A DNA stretch of 51,020 nucleotides from a virus (taxonomy: Duplodnaviria > Caudoviricetes): positions 1-51,020 of the IMG/VR virus record IMGVR_UViG_3300005286_000507. One strand, written 5' to 3'. The translations under genes were made by a program, and so were the position numbers. Of the stretch, positions 19,576-29,448 are shown piece by piece. Within the stretch, counting starts at the first letter, position 1. Each line of letters begins with the position of its first letter. Under the pieces are notes generated by a model that saw nothing but the letters and a program-made list of their open reading frames with translations, was not told the origin of the DNA and searched no databases.

Positions 19576-19941
19576 ATGAGAGAGATTAAGTTTAGAGCGT
19601 GGGATTTAGACAAAAACGAAATGATTTTAGATATTAAACCCAACATATTTGCAACGAAAGGGAATCTTAATTGTCCTGAGTGGTTTGAAGTTGAGCGCTT
19701 TGAAATTATGCAGTACACCGGCCTACACGACAGAAACGGAAAGGAGATATACGAGGGGGATCATCTATGGGCTACCGGAAATCTCGATGACAATCTCCAA
19801 TATGTCGGAATGGTCGAATGGGATCAAATAGATGCACGATGGGAAGTTTCATCACCACATGGACGATTCGAATATATTCCTAACGGTTGTGAGGTAAAGG
19901 GAAATAGATATGAGGATTCCCTATTAGAGGGGCAGGGGTGA
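19576..19941 (+). CDS. yopX: YopX-family protein
   Basis: MREIKFRAWD, MQYTGLHDRNGKEIYEGD, EVKGNRYE. Confidence 0.9.
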   Translation: MREIKFRAWDLDKNEMILDIKPNIFATKGNLNCPEWFEVERFEIMQYTGLHDRNGKEIYEGDHLWATGNLDDNLQYVGMVEWDQIDARWEVSSPHGRFEYIPNGCEVKGNRYEDSLLEGQG

Positions 19942-20023
19942 TACGGACCCCACTTCGTTAGGCGGATTCGGTCGGGACGATGGCGGCTTTGCCGCAATAA
20001 ATCATTAAATATATAGGAAAGGA

Positions 20024-20236
20024 GTGAATATAAGGGTGATTAAACTAACTGACCAGGAAGGGAATCACATTCATTTTCCTGTCGATATCGCATTCAGACC
20101 GAAAGGAAACGGAACAGAAATAAAATGGAACGGCTCGCTATATGAGGTGAAGGAATCGCATGAAGAGGTATCCGAAAAGCTGTTAGATTTTAGGGATAAA
20201 AGACACCGAAAATATGCAATCAATAATCTTAAGTAG
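20024..20236 (+). CDS. Hypothetical protein
   Basis: AAGGAG RBS, 70 aa. Confidence 0.55.
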   Translation: MNIRVIKLTDQEGNHIHFPVDIAFRPKGNGTEIKWNGSLYEVKESHEEVSEKLLDFRDKRHRKYAINNLK

Positions 20237-20284
20237 CGACAGCGGCAGCCGTATAAGCCCTAACCACCCCAAGGAGGATATTAT

Positions 20285-20731
20285 ATGATCGATAAGCCGG
20301 GACCGGAGTTAGATAAACAAATCGCTTATAAATTGTTCAATGCTCAAATTATCAGAATGGAGAACGAACAGGACTATAGAAACGGATGGTATCTGATCGT
20401 AATTGGTCCATCAATGGATCGTAAATTACCCGCCGCTTACACTTCGACCGAAAGAAAATGGCAGTCAGCAATATGGGCAGCAACAGAAGAAAAAGCGTGG
20501 GCGTTACTTCCGGAATACTCTACGAAATGGTCAGGAATGCAATTAGTAGTAGAGGAGATGCAGCGGAGGGGATGGGAATACGTCATCGAATCAGAGGGCA
20601 CAGATAAGCATCACGCCCGTTTCTTCAAAACATATGAAGGAGATTACGGCGAGTACAATGGAGCAACTAAAGCACCATTCGCCGTCTGTATGGCAGCCCT
20701 AAAAGCATTGGAGGATAGCCAAAATGAGTAA
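20285..20731 (+). CDS. Phage ABA-sandwich domain protein
   Basis: GPELDKQIA..PEYST..LVVEEM..APFAVCMAALKA. Confidence 0.75.
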   Translation: MIDKPGPELDKQIAYKLFNAQIIRMENEQDYRNGWYLIVIGPSMDRKLPAAYTSTERKWQSAIWAATEEKAWALLPEYSTKWSGMQLVVEEMQRRGWEYVIESEGTDKHHARFFKTYEGDYGEYNGATKAPFAVCMAALKALEDSQNE

Positions 20732-20915
20732 TAAGATTGCGGATTTAACGGATAGCCTACGCTACAAGAAGGAATACAGCCAGATCGCTAGGGATGCGCT
20801 TGTTGTAATTGACCATCAGGCAGAAGAGATAGAGAGGCTAAAGAAAGAAAACTTCGAGTGGAAAAGAACATATGACAAATTGCTGTTGGAGGCGAACAGG
20901 AATGTTAACCCGTGA
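20724..20915 (+). CDS. Small coiled-coil hypothetical protein
   Basis: GGAGG RBS, coupled. Confidence 0.6.
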   Translation: MSNKIADLTDSLRYKKEYSQIARDALVVIDHQAEEIERLKKENFEWKRTYDKLLLEANRNVNP

Positions 20916-21309
20916 ATCTATATTAGCTATGGAGCCTGGGAGAGAGTTGGATTTGATGGTGGAAAAAGCATTCTTTGAATTAATACTAACGACACCAGAT
21001 GACCCTCTTGCAATTTGCGATCCTTTTGATGTTTGGGATACTACAGGCACAACTCACAACATCAGATTTTACAGGGTAAAAGACCGTTCAACATCAATAT
21101 CCGCAGCGTGGGAAGTATTCGAAAAAATCAAGGATCAAGGCGCTTGGTTCGAAGTAGCGTGGAACCCTCGCAAGCAACGGTATAGAACGTTAATCGGCGC
21201 TAACAACGTTGAGGGGATGTCTGGAGTTGATACCAATTCCGAAACAGCACCATTAGCAATCTGTCGAGCAGCCCTATTAACCACTATATCCGGGGAGGAT
21301 AGCCAATGA
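20902..21309 (+). CDS. Phage ABA-sandwich domain protein (paralog)
   Basis: PGRELD..STSISAAWEVFEK..APLAICRAAL. Confidence 0.75.
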   Translation: MLTRESILAMEPGRELDLMVEKAFFELILTTPDDPLAICDPFDVWDTTGTTHNIRFYRVKDRSTSISAAWEVFEKIKDQGAWFEVAWNPRKQRYRTLIGANNVEGMSGVDTNSETAPLAICRAALLTTISGEDSQ

Positions 21310-21734
21310 GAGAGTATAGAGGCAAGAGGATAGATAACGGTGAGTGGGTGTATGGATGGTATCTATTAGACGAACAGTGGAAAGAGCCGAGACATTGCAT
21401 TTACTTTCGTAAAAATACCCGGAATATCATTGGTCACGATATTGTCGAAGTCGATCCTGATACGGTAGGGCAATATATCGGACAACGTGATTGTAACGAT
21501 AAGCAAATTTTCGACGGAGACATTGCTACCGGTGAACACGCCACATACTTAATATACTGGAGAGAAGATAAGGCGCAGTATATGGCAAAGGTCATTAAAA
21601 CAACATCTGTTCTCATTCGCCACAACTCTTTCCCACTTTGGCAATACATCGAAGATAACGATAAATGCAGGTTTGAAGTCATCGGCAATCGTTGGGACCA
21701 TCCACATTTACTCGGGGAGGTTACAGAAAAATGA
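21306..21734 (+). CDS. yopX: YopX-family protein (second copy)
   Basis: MREYRGKRIDNGEWVYG, TVGQYIG, IFDGDI, EVIGNRWD. Confidence 0.88.
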   Translation: MREYRGKRIDNGEWVYGWYLLDEQWKEPRHCIYFRKNTRNIIGHDIVEVDPDTVGQYIGQRDCNDKQIFDGDIATGEHATYLIYWREDKAQYMAKVIKTTSVLIRHNSFPLWQYIEDNDKCRFEVIGNRWDHPHLLGEVTEK

Positions 21735-22015
21735 TCATAAAGAGAAATACAGCGCGGCAATGGGAAGAAGATATAGCGCTTTGCGACGGAGAAACAGAAG
21801 CAGAAATGGCTTTATCATATTGGCTGGAAGAGTCGAAAAAATTATCCGAAGTAGTGCAAACTCAACAACGAGAAATTATGTCACTAGAAGCGCTAATAAC
21901 AAAAATAAGTCGTATATCCCGGATGGAGGATCGCGCGGGACACTGGAAGGCATGGGATATCAAAGAATTACTGCGGGAGGCCGGAAAATATGAAGAAACT
22001 CGTCGGGGAGGATGA
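21731..22015 (+). CDS. Hypothetical phage protein
   Basis: GGAGG RBS, ATGA coupling. Confidence 0.55.
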   Translation: MIIKRNTARQWEEDIALCDGETEAEMALSYWLEESKKLSEVVQTQQREIMSLEALITKISRISRMEDRAGHWKAWDIKELLREAGKYEETRRGG

Positions 22016-22263
22016 GAAGGGATGAAAGAACTCGACTTGACTCGCAAACTCATCGCTCACGAAGACGGTGAAGAGCCATACGAGATAGATGGATTTAAGC
22101 TTGTGAAGCCAGATGGCGTGACGTTGTTTGTGGGACAGAAGGCGATTACGCTGCCGGCAGCAGACATTAAAATTGTCCAACAATAAGAAAGACCCCCGAT
22201 CCTGAGCTGGGGAGCCGGTCGGGGGAACGTATATTCCTACACCGATTATACCATAATCGAAGG

Positions 22264-22656
22264 GTGTGGGGGAGTGTGGGTACATTGCAATTAGAACTAT
22301 ATCCGAGTGCAACTGAAGCAGATAAAAAGATTGCAAAGGCGCTACTGAATAGGTACAGAAAGAACAAGAAAGTAATGGCTGAGTTCGAACGCAAAGGAAC
22401 GGACGGGCTTGCTAAAGACCAATTAAAGATATACAATACGGCGAAGAAGCAAGTCGAGTCCGTTGAAAGTGCCGTCAGACTGATACTTGATCCAGAGATC
22501 CGTGAGATGATCGAGCACAAGTACATCAATGGGGAGTTTCGCCGGCATAAAGACACGCTAATTAGGTTCAGCACTTGGGACCAGTCAACGGTCGGTCGTA
22601 AGCTTAACGAGGGCATAGAGTCTGTCGCGGAGAGTCTCATCCTCTTTAACTATTAA
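22264..22656 (+). CDS. ArpU/RinA-like late transcriptional activator
   Basis: AKALLNRY..VESAVRLILDPEIREMIEHKY; last gene of the early operon. Confidence 0.7.
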   Translation: MWGSVGTLQLELYPSATEADKKIAKALLNRYRKNKKVMAEFERKGTDGLAKDQLKIYNTAKKQVESVESAVRLILDPEIREMIEHKYINGEFRRHKDTLIRFSTWDQSTVGRKLNEGIESVAESLILFNY

Positions 22657-22715
22657 TATTGCACATAAAATGCTAGTTGGCGGCACGTAAAGAGAGAATA
22701 ATCCACACGTTATAT

Positions 22716-23032
22716 AGGGATACAGTAGAGTCAAATAGGGCAGAAGCCCGGGCGACTCCGCTGTATCCCTTATTACTTTGCGGACCCGGCCACGCGGTGG
22801 GTTAACGACCTTAGGCGCAAGTCGCCGAGCGTGTGGAGATGGGTATCGGGTTCGAGACCCGACAGGAGGGCTTGTCCCTTCTTCAATTAACCGGATCTTT
22901 CCGGCTAATCGAAGAGGCGATAAACCTCTAATAAAAACACCGATCCGACATTGTGTGTATAGCGACGATACATTCATGCGGGAGGTGTTTTCAGTTTGGC
23001 AAGACTGCCCAGCGTGGAGGCATAGTATCCGC
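22716..23032 (+). ncRNA. Putative large multi-hairpin structured RNA at the start of the late region
   Basis: About 8 consecutive hairpins, closing helix GCGGA(22780)/TCCGC(23028), no credible ORF. Confidence 0.5.
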
Positions 23033-23383
23033 GCTTCACGTTTTTATTCCCAACCTTCCTCCTCATAAAGGGGCGATCACATTGATCGTCCCAATTTTCT
23101 TTTAAAGGAGTTGTCCCGCCTTGGTTAAATGCAGAAAGATCCGCCGAAAGGGCGGGGTTAACTTACAACGAGATCGGAAAATGTTGCATCCGGAGCATCC
23201 CCCAGATAAATGCGTTGGCTGTCCTTATGGTCAGTGGAGAGATACAGTCCTATATTGCCCCTGGATCAAATGCATAAAGGAGGACAATCATGTTACAGCG
23301 GCTCAATAGATGGGTGGTTCGTAGACTCGCGCCTTTCGCCGGCCAAATGTCGCGGAATCGGAAGGAACGGAGGGTAAAACGTC

Positions 23384-23497
23384 ATGGAAAAACAGGATGA
23401 CGGACTGGGGTTCTTTCGAGGTCTCATTAATGCGCTCGGGTTGAGTGCAATAATGTGGGGTTTCATCGGATTGCTCGTCTGGTGGTGGTTGCCGTGA
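23384..23497 (+). CDS. 37-aa transmembrane peptide
   Basis: MEKQDDGLGFFRGLINALGLSAIMWGFIGLLVWWWLP; GGAGGG RBS; GTGA-coupled to the recombinase. Confidence 0.55.
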   Translation: MEKQDDGLGFFRGLINALGLSAIMWGFIGLLVWWWLP

Positions 23498-24108
23498 AGA
23501 CTGTCCAACCGATCCGGGACAAGGCGATCATAGTCCAGATCAAGAACTATCTGAAGGTTCGAAATTTCCGGGATTATCTTCTGTTTGCAATGGGAATTCA
23601 TAGCGGTTTACGGATTTCTGACTTACTCAACCTTCAGGTATGGCAAGTTAGAGGACAACTTCACGTCACTTTTATCGCCGAAAAGATTAAAAACCGCAGA
23701 AAGAAGCGGCGCAAGGAAAAAAAGTTCATAATCCATCCGGATTACCGTGAAGACTTGGAAATCTATATTCGGGATATGCCGGAGAATGCATATTTATTCG
23801 CTTCTAGGCAGCGGAAAACGAAAACCGGAGAAGTTGGACTTCCTGTTCGGCGGGAGACAGCTTGGAAAATGCTCAGTAAGGCAGCGCGGTATTTCGGACT
23901 CGAGGAAATTGGATGTCATTCGCTCCGAAAGACTTGGGGCTATCACATGATAACGAGCTCGCCGCCAGAGCAGTCCTCCTACGTCATGGCGTTACTAATG
24001 GAGGCGTTCGGCCATGAGTCTCAGGAAGACACTTTGCGCTATTTAGGGCTGACACAGGACGCTCTGGACGCTATGATTTTACGATTGAGTTACACTCAAA
24101 CCGGTTAA
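23494..24108 (+). CDS. Catalytic-domain-only tyrosine recombinase
   Basis: VQPIRD, SGLRISDLL, HSLRKTWGY, FGH, TLRYLG. Confidence 0.92.
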   Translation: MKTVQPIRDKAIIVQIKNYLKVRNFRDYLLFAMGIHSGLRISDLLNLQVWQVRGQLHVTFIAEKIKNRRKKRRKEKKFIIHPDYREDLEIYIRDMPENAYLFASRQRKTKTGEVGLPVRRETAWKMLSKAARYFGLEEIGCHSLRKTWGYHMITSSPPEQSSYVMALLMEAFGHESQEDTLRYLGLTQDALDAMILRLSYTQTG

Positions 24109-24332
24109 TGTTGCGCTCGACCTGTTAAGATGGGAAAAGATTGATCTATCAAGGGATTCGGAAATTAATGAGTGCAACAGAAATATGTTTATGTGTATCT
24201 CTACTTACATTTACTAGGCGATTCCGTTCAGCAAAATAAAGTGATGGTGGCGAGAGGATTGATGGGATTGATCTGTAACGCCCCCTTAAAGCGTTAGGAC
24301 AACTCAAATAGTTGGGGGTGGGGTGAAATGTA

Positions 24333-25085
24333 ATGGCTCCTGAACGTGGCGGAAACAGGGTTAAAGCCCTTGAAATGTGGATCAAAAGCAAGGGGAAACT
24401 GACTCCAAAAGAGATTGCGGACAAGCTTGGTGTGACGAGTGCGAGAGTACGCCAATGGAAGCACTTGGACAACTGGGACAACATCGAAATGAAACGTCCT
24501 CGCGGAGCTCCTAAGGGGAATAAGAACGCTGTTGGGAATAATGGCGGCGCTCCACTCGGGAATCAAAATGCAGTCAAACATGGTTATTATGCCAAGTACC
24601 TACCGGAGTCAATTCTTGAGATCGTAAAAGAAATCGAAGATGCCGATCCGCTCGAAATGCTTTGGAATAATATCATTATGCTTCAGGCGAAGCTTCTTCA
24701 CGGACAAAGAATTACTCACGTTAAAGATAAGGACGACATGACAAAAGAACTGAAACGTAAAAAGTTCATGCCTGGACAGTTTGGTGACGGAAAAGAAAAA
24801 GAATACGAAATCCAATTCGCTCATGATAAGTTCGCCAATGCCTCTAAAGCTGATGTATTAATGATGCGTGAATTACGAGGTGCTATTAAACAGTTTCTCG
24901 ACATGGCTCCTGAGAACGATGAACGCCGGGCTAAACTATCCCTGATGCAGGCACAGGTCGAAAAGACGAACGCTGAGGTTGAGAAGGTCAATGGCGGCGG
25001 CAAAAACTCCGAAGCAGAGGATTGGGTCGCGGCTCTTAAAGAAGCCGCCGAGAAGAGAAAGAGCCGGGTGAAGCCCGATGAGTAA
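24333..25085 (+). CDS. terS: Terminase small subunit
   Basis: N-terminal HTH, GAPKGNKNA/GAPLGNQNAVKHG. Confidence 0.9.
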   Translation: MAPERGGNRVKALEMWIKSKGKLTPKEIADKLGVTSARVRQWKHLDNWDNIEMKRPRGAPKGNKNAVGNNGGAPLGNQNAVKHGYYAKYLPESILEIVKEIEDADPLEMLWNNIIMLQAKLLHGQRITHVKDKDDMTKELKRKKFMPGQFGDGKEKEYEIQFAHDKFANASKADVLMMRELRGAIKQFLDMAPENDERRAKLSLMQAQVEKTNAEVEKVNGGGKNSEAEDWVAALKEAAEKRKSRVKPDE

Positions 25086-26505
25086 GCCATACAACGTCGT
25101 CGCCACGCTGACAGACCTGATCGACCTCTATTGGGATGATCCGGTATCCTTTTCCGAAGATATGCTCGATTTCGATCCCGACGATTGGCAGAGAGCGGCT
25201 ATGATGGACCTCGCGTCGAACCCGCGGGTTAGTGTTCGTTCCGGTCAGGGAGTCGGGAAAACAGCATTCGAAGCCGCTATTGTAATTTGGTTCCTGACAT
25301 GTCGGCCAAGCCCGAAGGTCATATGCACAGCTCCAACAAGGCAACAATTGCATGATGTCTTGTGGGCAGAAGTCGCCAAGTGGCTGGAAAGGTCGAAAGT
25401 AAAGAACCTCTTGAAGTGGACGAAGACGAAGATTTACATGATCGGCCATGAGGAAAGATGGTTCGCGACAGCCCGGACAGCTACACGTCCGGAGAACATG
25501 GCCGGATTTCATGAGGACTATATGCTGTTCGTGGTCGATGAAGCTTCAGGTGTTGCCGATCCAATCATGGAAACCATATTGGGTACGCTGACCGGACCTG
25601 AAAATAAACTGCTTATGTGCGGAAACCCTACGCGAACTGCGGGGGTTTTTTATGATTCACATAATCGGGACCGGTCAAGGTTCAAGGTTCACAAAGTCGA
25701 CAGCCGGGACAGCAAACGAACGAGCCGGGACAACATTCAAATGCTCATCGACAAGTATGGGGCCGAGAGCGACGTTGTTCGTGTTCGGGTTTACGGTGAA
25801 TTTCCCAAGGCAGAGTCGGATGCATTTATTGCGCTTGAGATCGTGGAATTGGCCGCAGGCGCAACCGTCGAACCAGTGGGAGATACCCTGCATTTGGGCG
25901 TGGACGTTGCGCGTTTTGGTGACGACGAGACAACGATAGCTCCACGGATCGGAATGAAGGTATTCGATCTAAGAGTCTATAACAAGCAAGACACGATGGC
26001 GACGGCTGGACGGGTAATTGCGGCCGGAAAGGAAATGCTCCGCTCCTTCACTCAACTACGAAACGTCGTGATTACGGTTGATGACAGCGGCGTAGGCGGT
26101 GGAGTTACGGACAGGCTGAACGAGGTCATTCTGGAAGAGCGTCTATACGATTGGCGAGTCATTCCGATCAATAACGGCAGCCGGCCGACGGACGACGAAG
26201 AGGAACATTATGAGAACCGCGGAACAGAAGCATGGGCCGTCATTCGCGACGTGCTGCAGGACTGTTTTTCGAAACACCTGCAAGGCGAACCAATCAGCGT
26301 TGAACTGCCTAACGACGAACGCTTGATAACCCAACTGTCGCAAAGGAAATACCGCATGACAAGCAAAGGCAAGATTGCACTTGAACGTAAAGAGGACATG
26401 AAGAAACGTGGGCTTGATTCTCCGGACCGCGCAGACGCGGTTGTTCTTTCGTTCGTGACTGATAAGGAAATGCTCTATAGCAATCAACGTCCTTCTGGTT
26501 GGTAA
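25078..26505 (+). CDS. terL: Terminase large subunit
   Basis: SGQGVGKT, VVDEASG, GNPT, GVDVARFGDD, SPDRADA. Confidence 0.95.
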   Translation: MSKPYNVVATLTDLIDLYWDDPVSFSEDMLDFDPDDWQRAAMMDLASNPRVSVRSGQGVGKTAFEAAIVIWFLTCRPSPKVICTAPTRQQLHDVLWAEVAKWLERSKVKNLLKWTKTKIYMIGHEERWFATARTATRPENMAGFHEDYMLFVVDEASGVADPIMETILGTLTGPENKLLMCGNPTRTAGVFYDSHNRDRSRFKVHKVDSRDSKRTSRDNIQMLIDKYGAESDVVRVRVYGEFPKAESDAFIALEIVELAAGATVEPVGDTLHLGVDVARFGDDETTIAPRIGMKVFDLRVYNKQDTMATAGRVIAAGKEMLRSFTQLRNVVITVDDSGVGGGVTDRLNEVILEERLYDWRVIPINNGSRPTDDEEEHYENRGTEAWAVIRDVLQDCFSKHLQGEPISVELPNDERLITQLSQRKYRMTSKGKIALERKEDMKKRGLDSPDRADAVVLSFVTDKEMLYSNQRPSGW

Positions 26506-26532
26506 ATATGATATATTTACCTAAAAGGAGGT

Positions 26533-26862
26533 TTGAGAATGGATTCGATGAAAATTGTTTATAAGATACTTGAGCATTTGGATAAATCGATGGATGATGA
26601 AATAGTAGATCCCGACCCAATTAGTGCTGAAACTCTAGGAGTGACAAGAGTCAGGCGTTATAGAATTATTTCTATGATGATCGATGCGGGGCTTATTGAC
26701 GGGTTTAGGGATGTGGGCACGTTAGGTTCAGATATCGGAGACTTCAAAATGATAAATCCAAGTATAACTTTGTTGGGTCTCCAGTACCTTTCAGAAAACA
26801 CTGCATCTTCGAAGATTTATCGAGCAGCAAAAGAAATAAGAGATTGGATACCGGGAATGTAA
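26533..26862 (+). CDS. YjcQ-family winged-helix protein (moron)
   Basis: IVYKILEHL..MMIDAGLIDG..PSITLLGLQYLSEN; own TGnTATATT promoter (26509-26517) and terminator. Confidence 0.75.
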   Translation: MRMDSMKIVYKILEHLDKSMDDEIVDPDPISAETLGVTRVRRYRIISMMIDAGLIDGFRDVGTLGSDIGDFKMINPSITLLGLQYLSENTASSKIYRAAKEIRDWIPGM

Positions 26863-26890
26863 GTCGCTCACTCGAGCGGCTTTTTTATTT
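26863..26890 (+). terminator. Intrinsic terminator
   Basis: GTCGCTC-ACTC-GAGCGGC-TTTTTT. Confidence 0.75.
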
Positions 26891-26903
26891 GCCCTGAAAG
26901 AAG

Positions 26904-28406
26904 GTGATTAAACTGACCATCGTCTACAAAAACAAAAGCTTTCCTCCTACTCCATATGATCAAATCGTGTTGGAAATGCTCTATTATCGGTTGTTGTATG
27001 ACGGGGAGCATGCGAAGATTTTCCCTCGTGCCAAATATGCCGGGAAAGATAGGCGGTTGAAACGTAAGCGAGTCGGCTATAAACGGTGGGAAGAGTCATT
27101 CGAGACAATCGATACGGGCGATCCTTATATTGTCGTCAACTTTTCGAGTCTCGTCGCTGAGATACCGGCTGACCTCCTGAACCGTGCGCTCGGAAACATC
27201 TCGGCTGACACGGAAACGAGCGAAGACGAATTAGCTTTTGTAAAGGCGGTCGCAGAGGCTTCGCAAATCAACGAGAAGATATGGGCGGCGGTCGTCTCTC
27301 ATCAGGTGGACGGGTCAATCGCTTATCGCCCTCGCCGGGATGAATCCGGAAAGGTGTGGTTCGAGTGGTTGCTTGGGGACCAATACCTTCCGCACACAGA
27401 CGGCAAAGGCGCTGACGTTGCGTGGATCGAAGAATGGGGCGAAGAGACCAACAAGAAGAGATTCCTGAGGGTCGAACGCCATCGACTAGGTGTTAACGTT
27501 TTGACCGTCGAACAACTGGTTTTCAAGTTCGAAGGTGATTCGGTGGGTGATGAGGTAGACGCTGCTGCCTACGCAGCTGAACATGGCGCTGAAGTACCGG
27601 ACAATATTGAACTATCCGGCGTAACCGAATTGTTGATCGGTGTAGTTACCAATGAGGATACGCTTTATACGCCGCGTGGCCGGTCAGCGCTGAGAAATGT
27701 AGCTGAAATCCAAGAGGAGATAAACTGGACGATTACCCGTGACTCAATCGTATTCGAAAAACACGGGAAACCTAAGTTGGCTATCCCTAAAGGACTGTGG
27801 GACACGGTCGCCAACAACAACAACAGGAATTACGGCGCTCGGTTCGTTAGAAACGCTGACCTGGAGGTTGTCTCCTACGACGAGAACAAAGGCGCAATCC
27901 CGATGTACATTGTTTGGGACGCAAAAACGGAACAATCTTTCAAACACGTCGAACGACTTATCAAGTACATGCTCGCCGTTTCCAAGACCTCCCCGCAGGC
28001 CGCAGGGCTGGAGGAAGGAAAGGGGGACTCGGGGATAGCGCTCCTTTACCTATGGATTCAATCGGTCATCAAGGCAGAGGCGATCAAAGACAAGTTCGAC
28101 GCAGCGATAAAGGCAGCAATTCGGAAATGCATCATTCTCGAAAACGCACTCGGAGGAACAAACATGAATCCGATAGCACCGGTCATCGAATGGGGCGATA
28201 TGTTGCCGAAAGCTGACAGTGAAAAAGCGGCAGAGGAAATAGCGAAGTACGAGGCGGGCGCTCAATCGCTGGAGCAGACGGTTAGAAAGATACATCCAGA
28301 CTGGTCGGAAGCAGCAATTATGGAAGAAATCAAGAAGATTGAAGAAGGCAAAGCTATTGATTCTTTCGATCCACAATTGCGGCAACCGCCAAAGGTGACG
28401 TTGTGA
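26904..28406 (+). CDS. Portal protein (SPP1-like)
   Basis: 500 aa after TerL; SGIAL motif; C-terminal HPDWSEAAIMEEIKKI. Confidence 0.88.
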   Translation: MIKLTIVYKNKSFPPTPYDQIVLEMLYYRLLYDGEHAKIFPRAKYAGKDRRLKRKRVGYKRWEESFETIDTGDPYIVVNFSSLVAEIPADLLNRALGNISADTETSEDELAFVKAVAEASQINEKIWAAVVSHQVDGSIAYRPRRDESGKVWFEWLLGDQYLPHTDGKGADVAWIEEWGEETNKKRFLRVERHRLGVNVLTVEQLVFKFEGDSVGDEVDAAAYAAEHGAEVPDNIELSGVTELLIGVVTNEDTLYTPRGRSALRNVAEIQEEINWTITRDSIVFEKHGKPKLAIPKGLWDTVANNNNRNYGARFVRNADLEVVSYDENKGAIPMYIVWDAKTEQSFKHVERLIKYMLAVSKTSPQAAGLEEGKGDSGIALLYLWIQSVIKAEAIKDKFDAAIKAAIRKCIILENALGGTNMNPIAPVIEWGDMLPKADSEKAAEEIAKYEAGAQSLEQTVRKIHPDWSEAAIMEEIKKIEEGKAIDSFDPQLRQPPKVTL

Positions 28407-28407
28407 T

Positions 28408-29448
28408 ATGGCTACCGCAGAGAGCATAATCGCATTGTATACCCGGGCGGATGAGCGCTTGCGTGAGCTGATTCAGCAACTGGAAGAAGGCTCGTGGAAT
28501 CGCCGAAGGCAGGAAGCATTATTGCGACAGATTGAAGCGATAATCGAGGAGTTGACGGGTAAAGCAAGCAATCAAATGGCCGCTCTAGTCAGCGATGAAT
28601 ACCGCGCCGGGGCCGCTGCAGCCGTCGAGAGCATTACAGCGGTCGGAATCGCCTTGGAGTCCATCGAGCAGACGCTTCGCCCCTTGATCCATACAAGGGC
28701 CGCGCAGGCGATTATGGACGAGGCATTCTATTCGATTCTTGAAGCATCAGAGCATATGTCGGCAGACGCCAAGCGGCGCATCACAGAGGCGACGAGACGC
28801 GCTAATGAGCAATCACTAATCGAGGGTATGAACAGGCGACAAGCCACGAAACAGGCAATTGCAGATCTTAACGCGCAGGGTATCACGGGTATGGTTACCA
28901 AGAATGGAGCTAGAATACCGGCTATGGCTTACATGGCCGGCGTCGTCCATTACCACCAACGCAAGGCGCACGTAACCGGATCTGAGAACATGGCAACTCA
29001 GAACGGTTATGATCTTGTCTATGTCAATTACGTCGGAATCACGTGCGAATACTGTGCCACGATGCAAGGACGGGTTTATTCGATCAGCGGGAACGACGAG
29101 CGATTCCCGAAACTCGAGCGCCGGCCACCTTACCATGCGCATTGCGTCCATTCCTTGACGCCGTGGATAGAGGAATACGCCACGACGGATGAGGTCGCGA
29201 AGATGGTCACTGACTCTAACCGGCCATTCAAGGACAACCGGACGGCTCGGAACATCAGGCGTTACAACGAGATTCAGAAGGTGAAGTCGAGGAAAAACGA
29301 GACCCGAAAACAATGGATCAGGTACAAAGCGGCAATCCCGGACGCACCGAACCTTCGAACTTTTGCCAGTTGGAAGGCACGGAATACACAATCCTATCGG
29401 GACTTGCAGGAGGATTATCGGAAGATTAATGCAGGAGGTGACAGATAG
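28408..29448 (+). CDS. Minor capsid/head morphogenesis protein
   Basis: CEYCATMQGRVYS, PPYHAHCVH. Confidence 0.85.
   Translation: MATAESIIALYTRADERLRELIQQLEEGSWNRRRQEALLRQIEAIIEELTGKASNQMAALVSDEYRAGAAAAVESITAVGIALESIEQTLRPLIHTRAAQAIMDEAFYSILEASEHMSADAKRRITEATRRANEQSLIEGMNRRQATKQAIADLNAQGITGMVTKNGARIPAMAYMAGVVHYHQRKAHVTGSENMATQNGYDLVYVNYVGITCEYCATMQGRVYSISGNDERFPKLERRPPYHAHCVHSLTPWIEEYATTDEVAKMVTDSNRPFKDNRTARNIRRYNEIQKVKSRKNETRKQWIRYKAAIPDAPNLRTFASWKARNTQSYRDLQEDYRKINAGGDR

Noticed and set aside
22800-22870. tRNA gene (GGTTCGAGACC T-loop)
   Set aside because: No acceptor stem, D-arm or anticodon arm at tRNA spacing; treated as part of the larger RNA
22585-23068. ORFs 22585-22977(-) and 22778-23068(+)
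   Set aside because: No RBS, atypical composition, overlap a GC-rich structured region
23120-23165. c-di-GMP-I riboswitch (CCGCC-GAAA-GGGCGG)
   Set aside because: Lacks the GCAAA/GACGCAAAGC flanks and second stem
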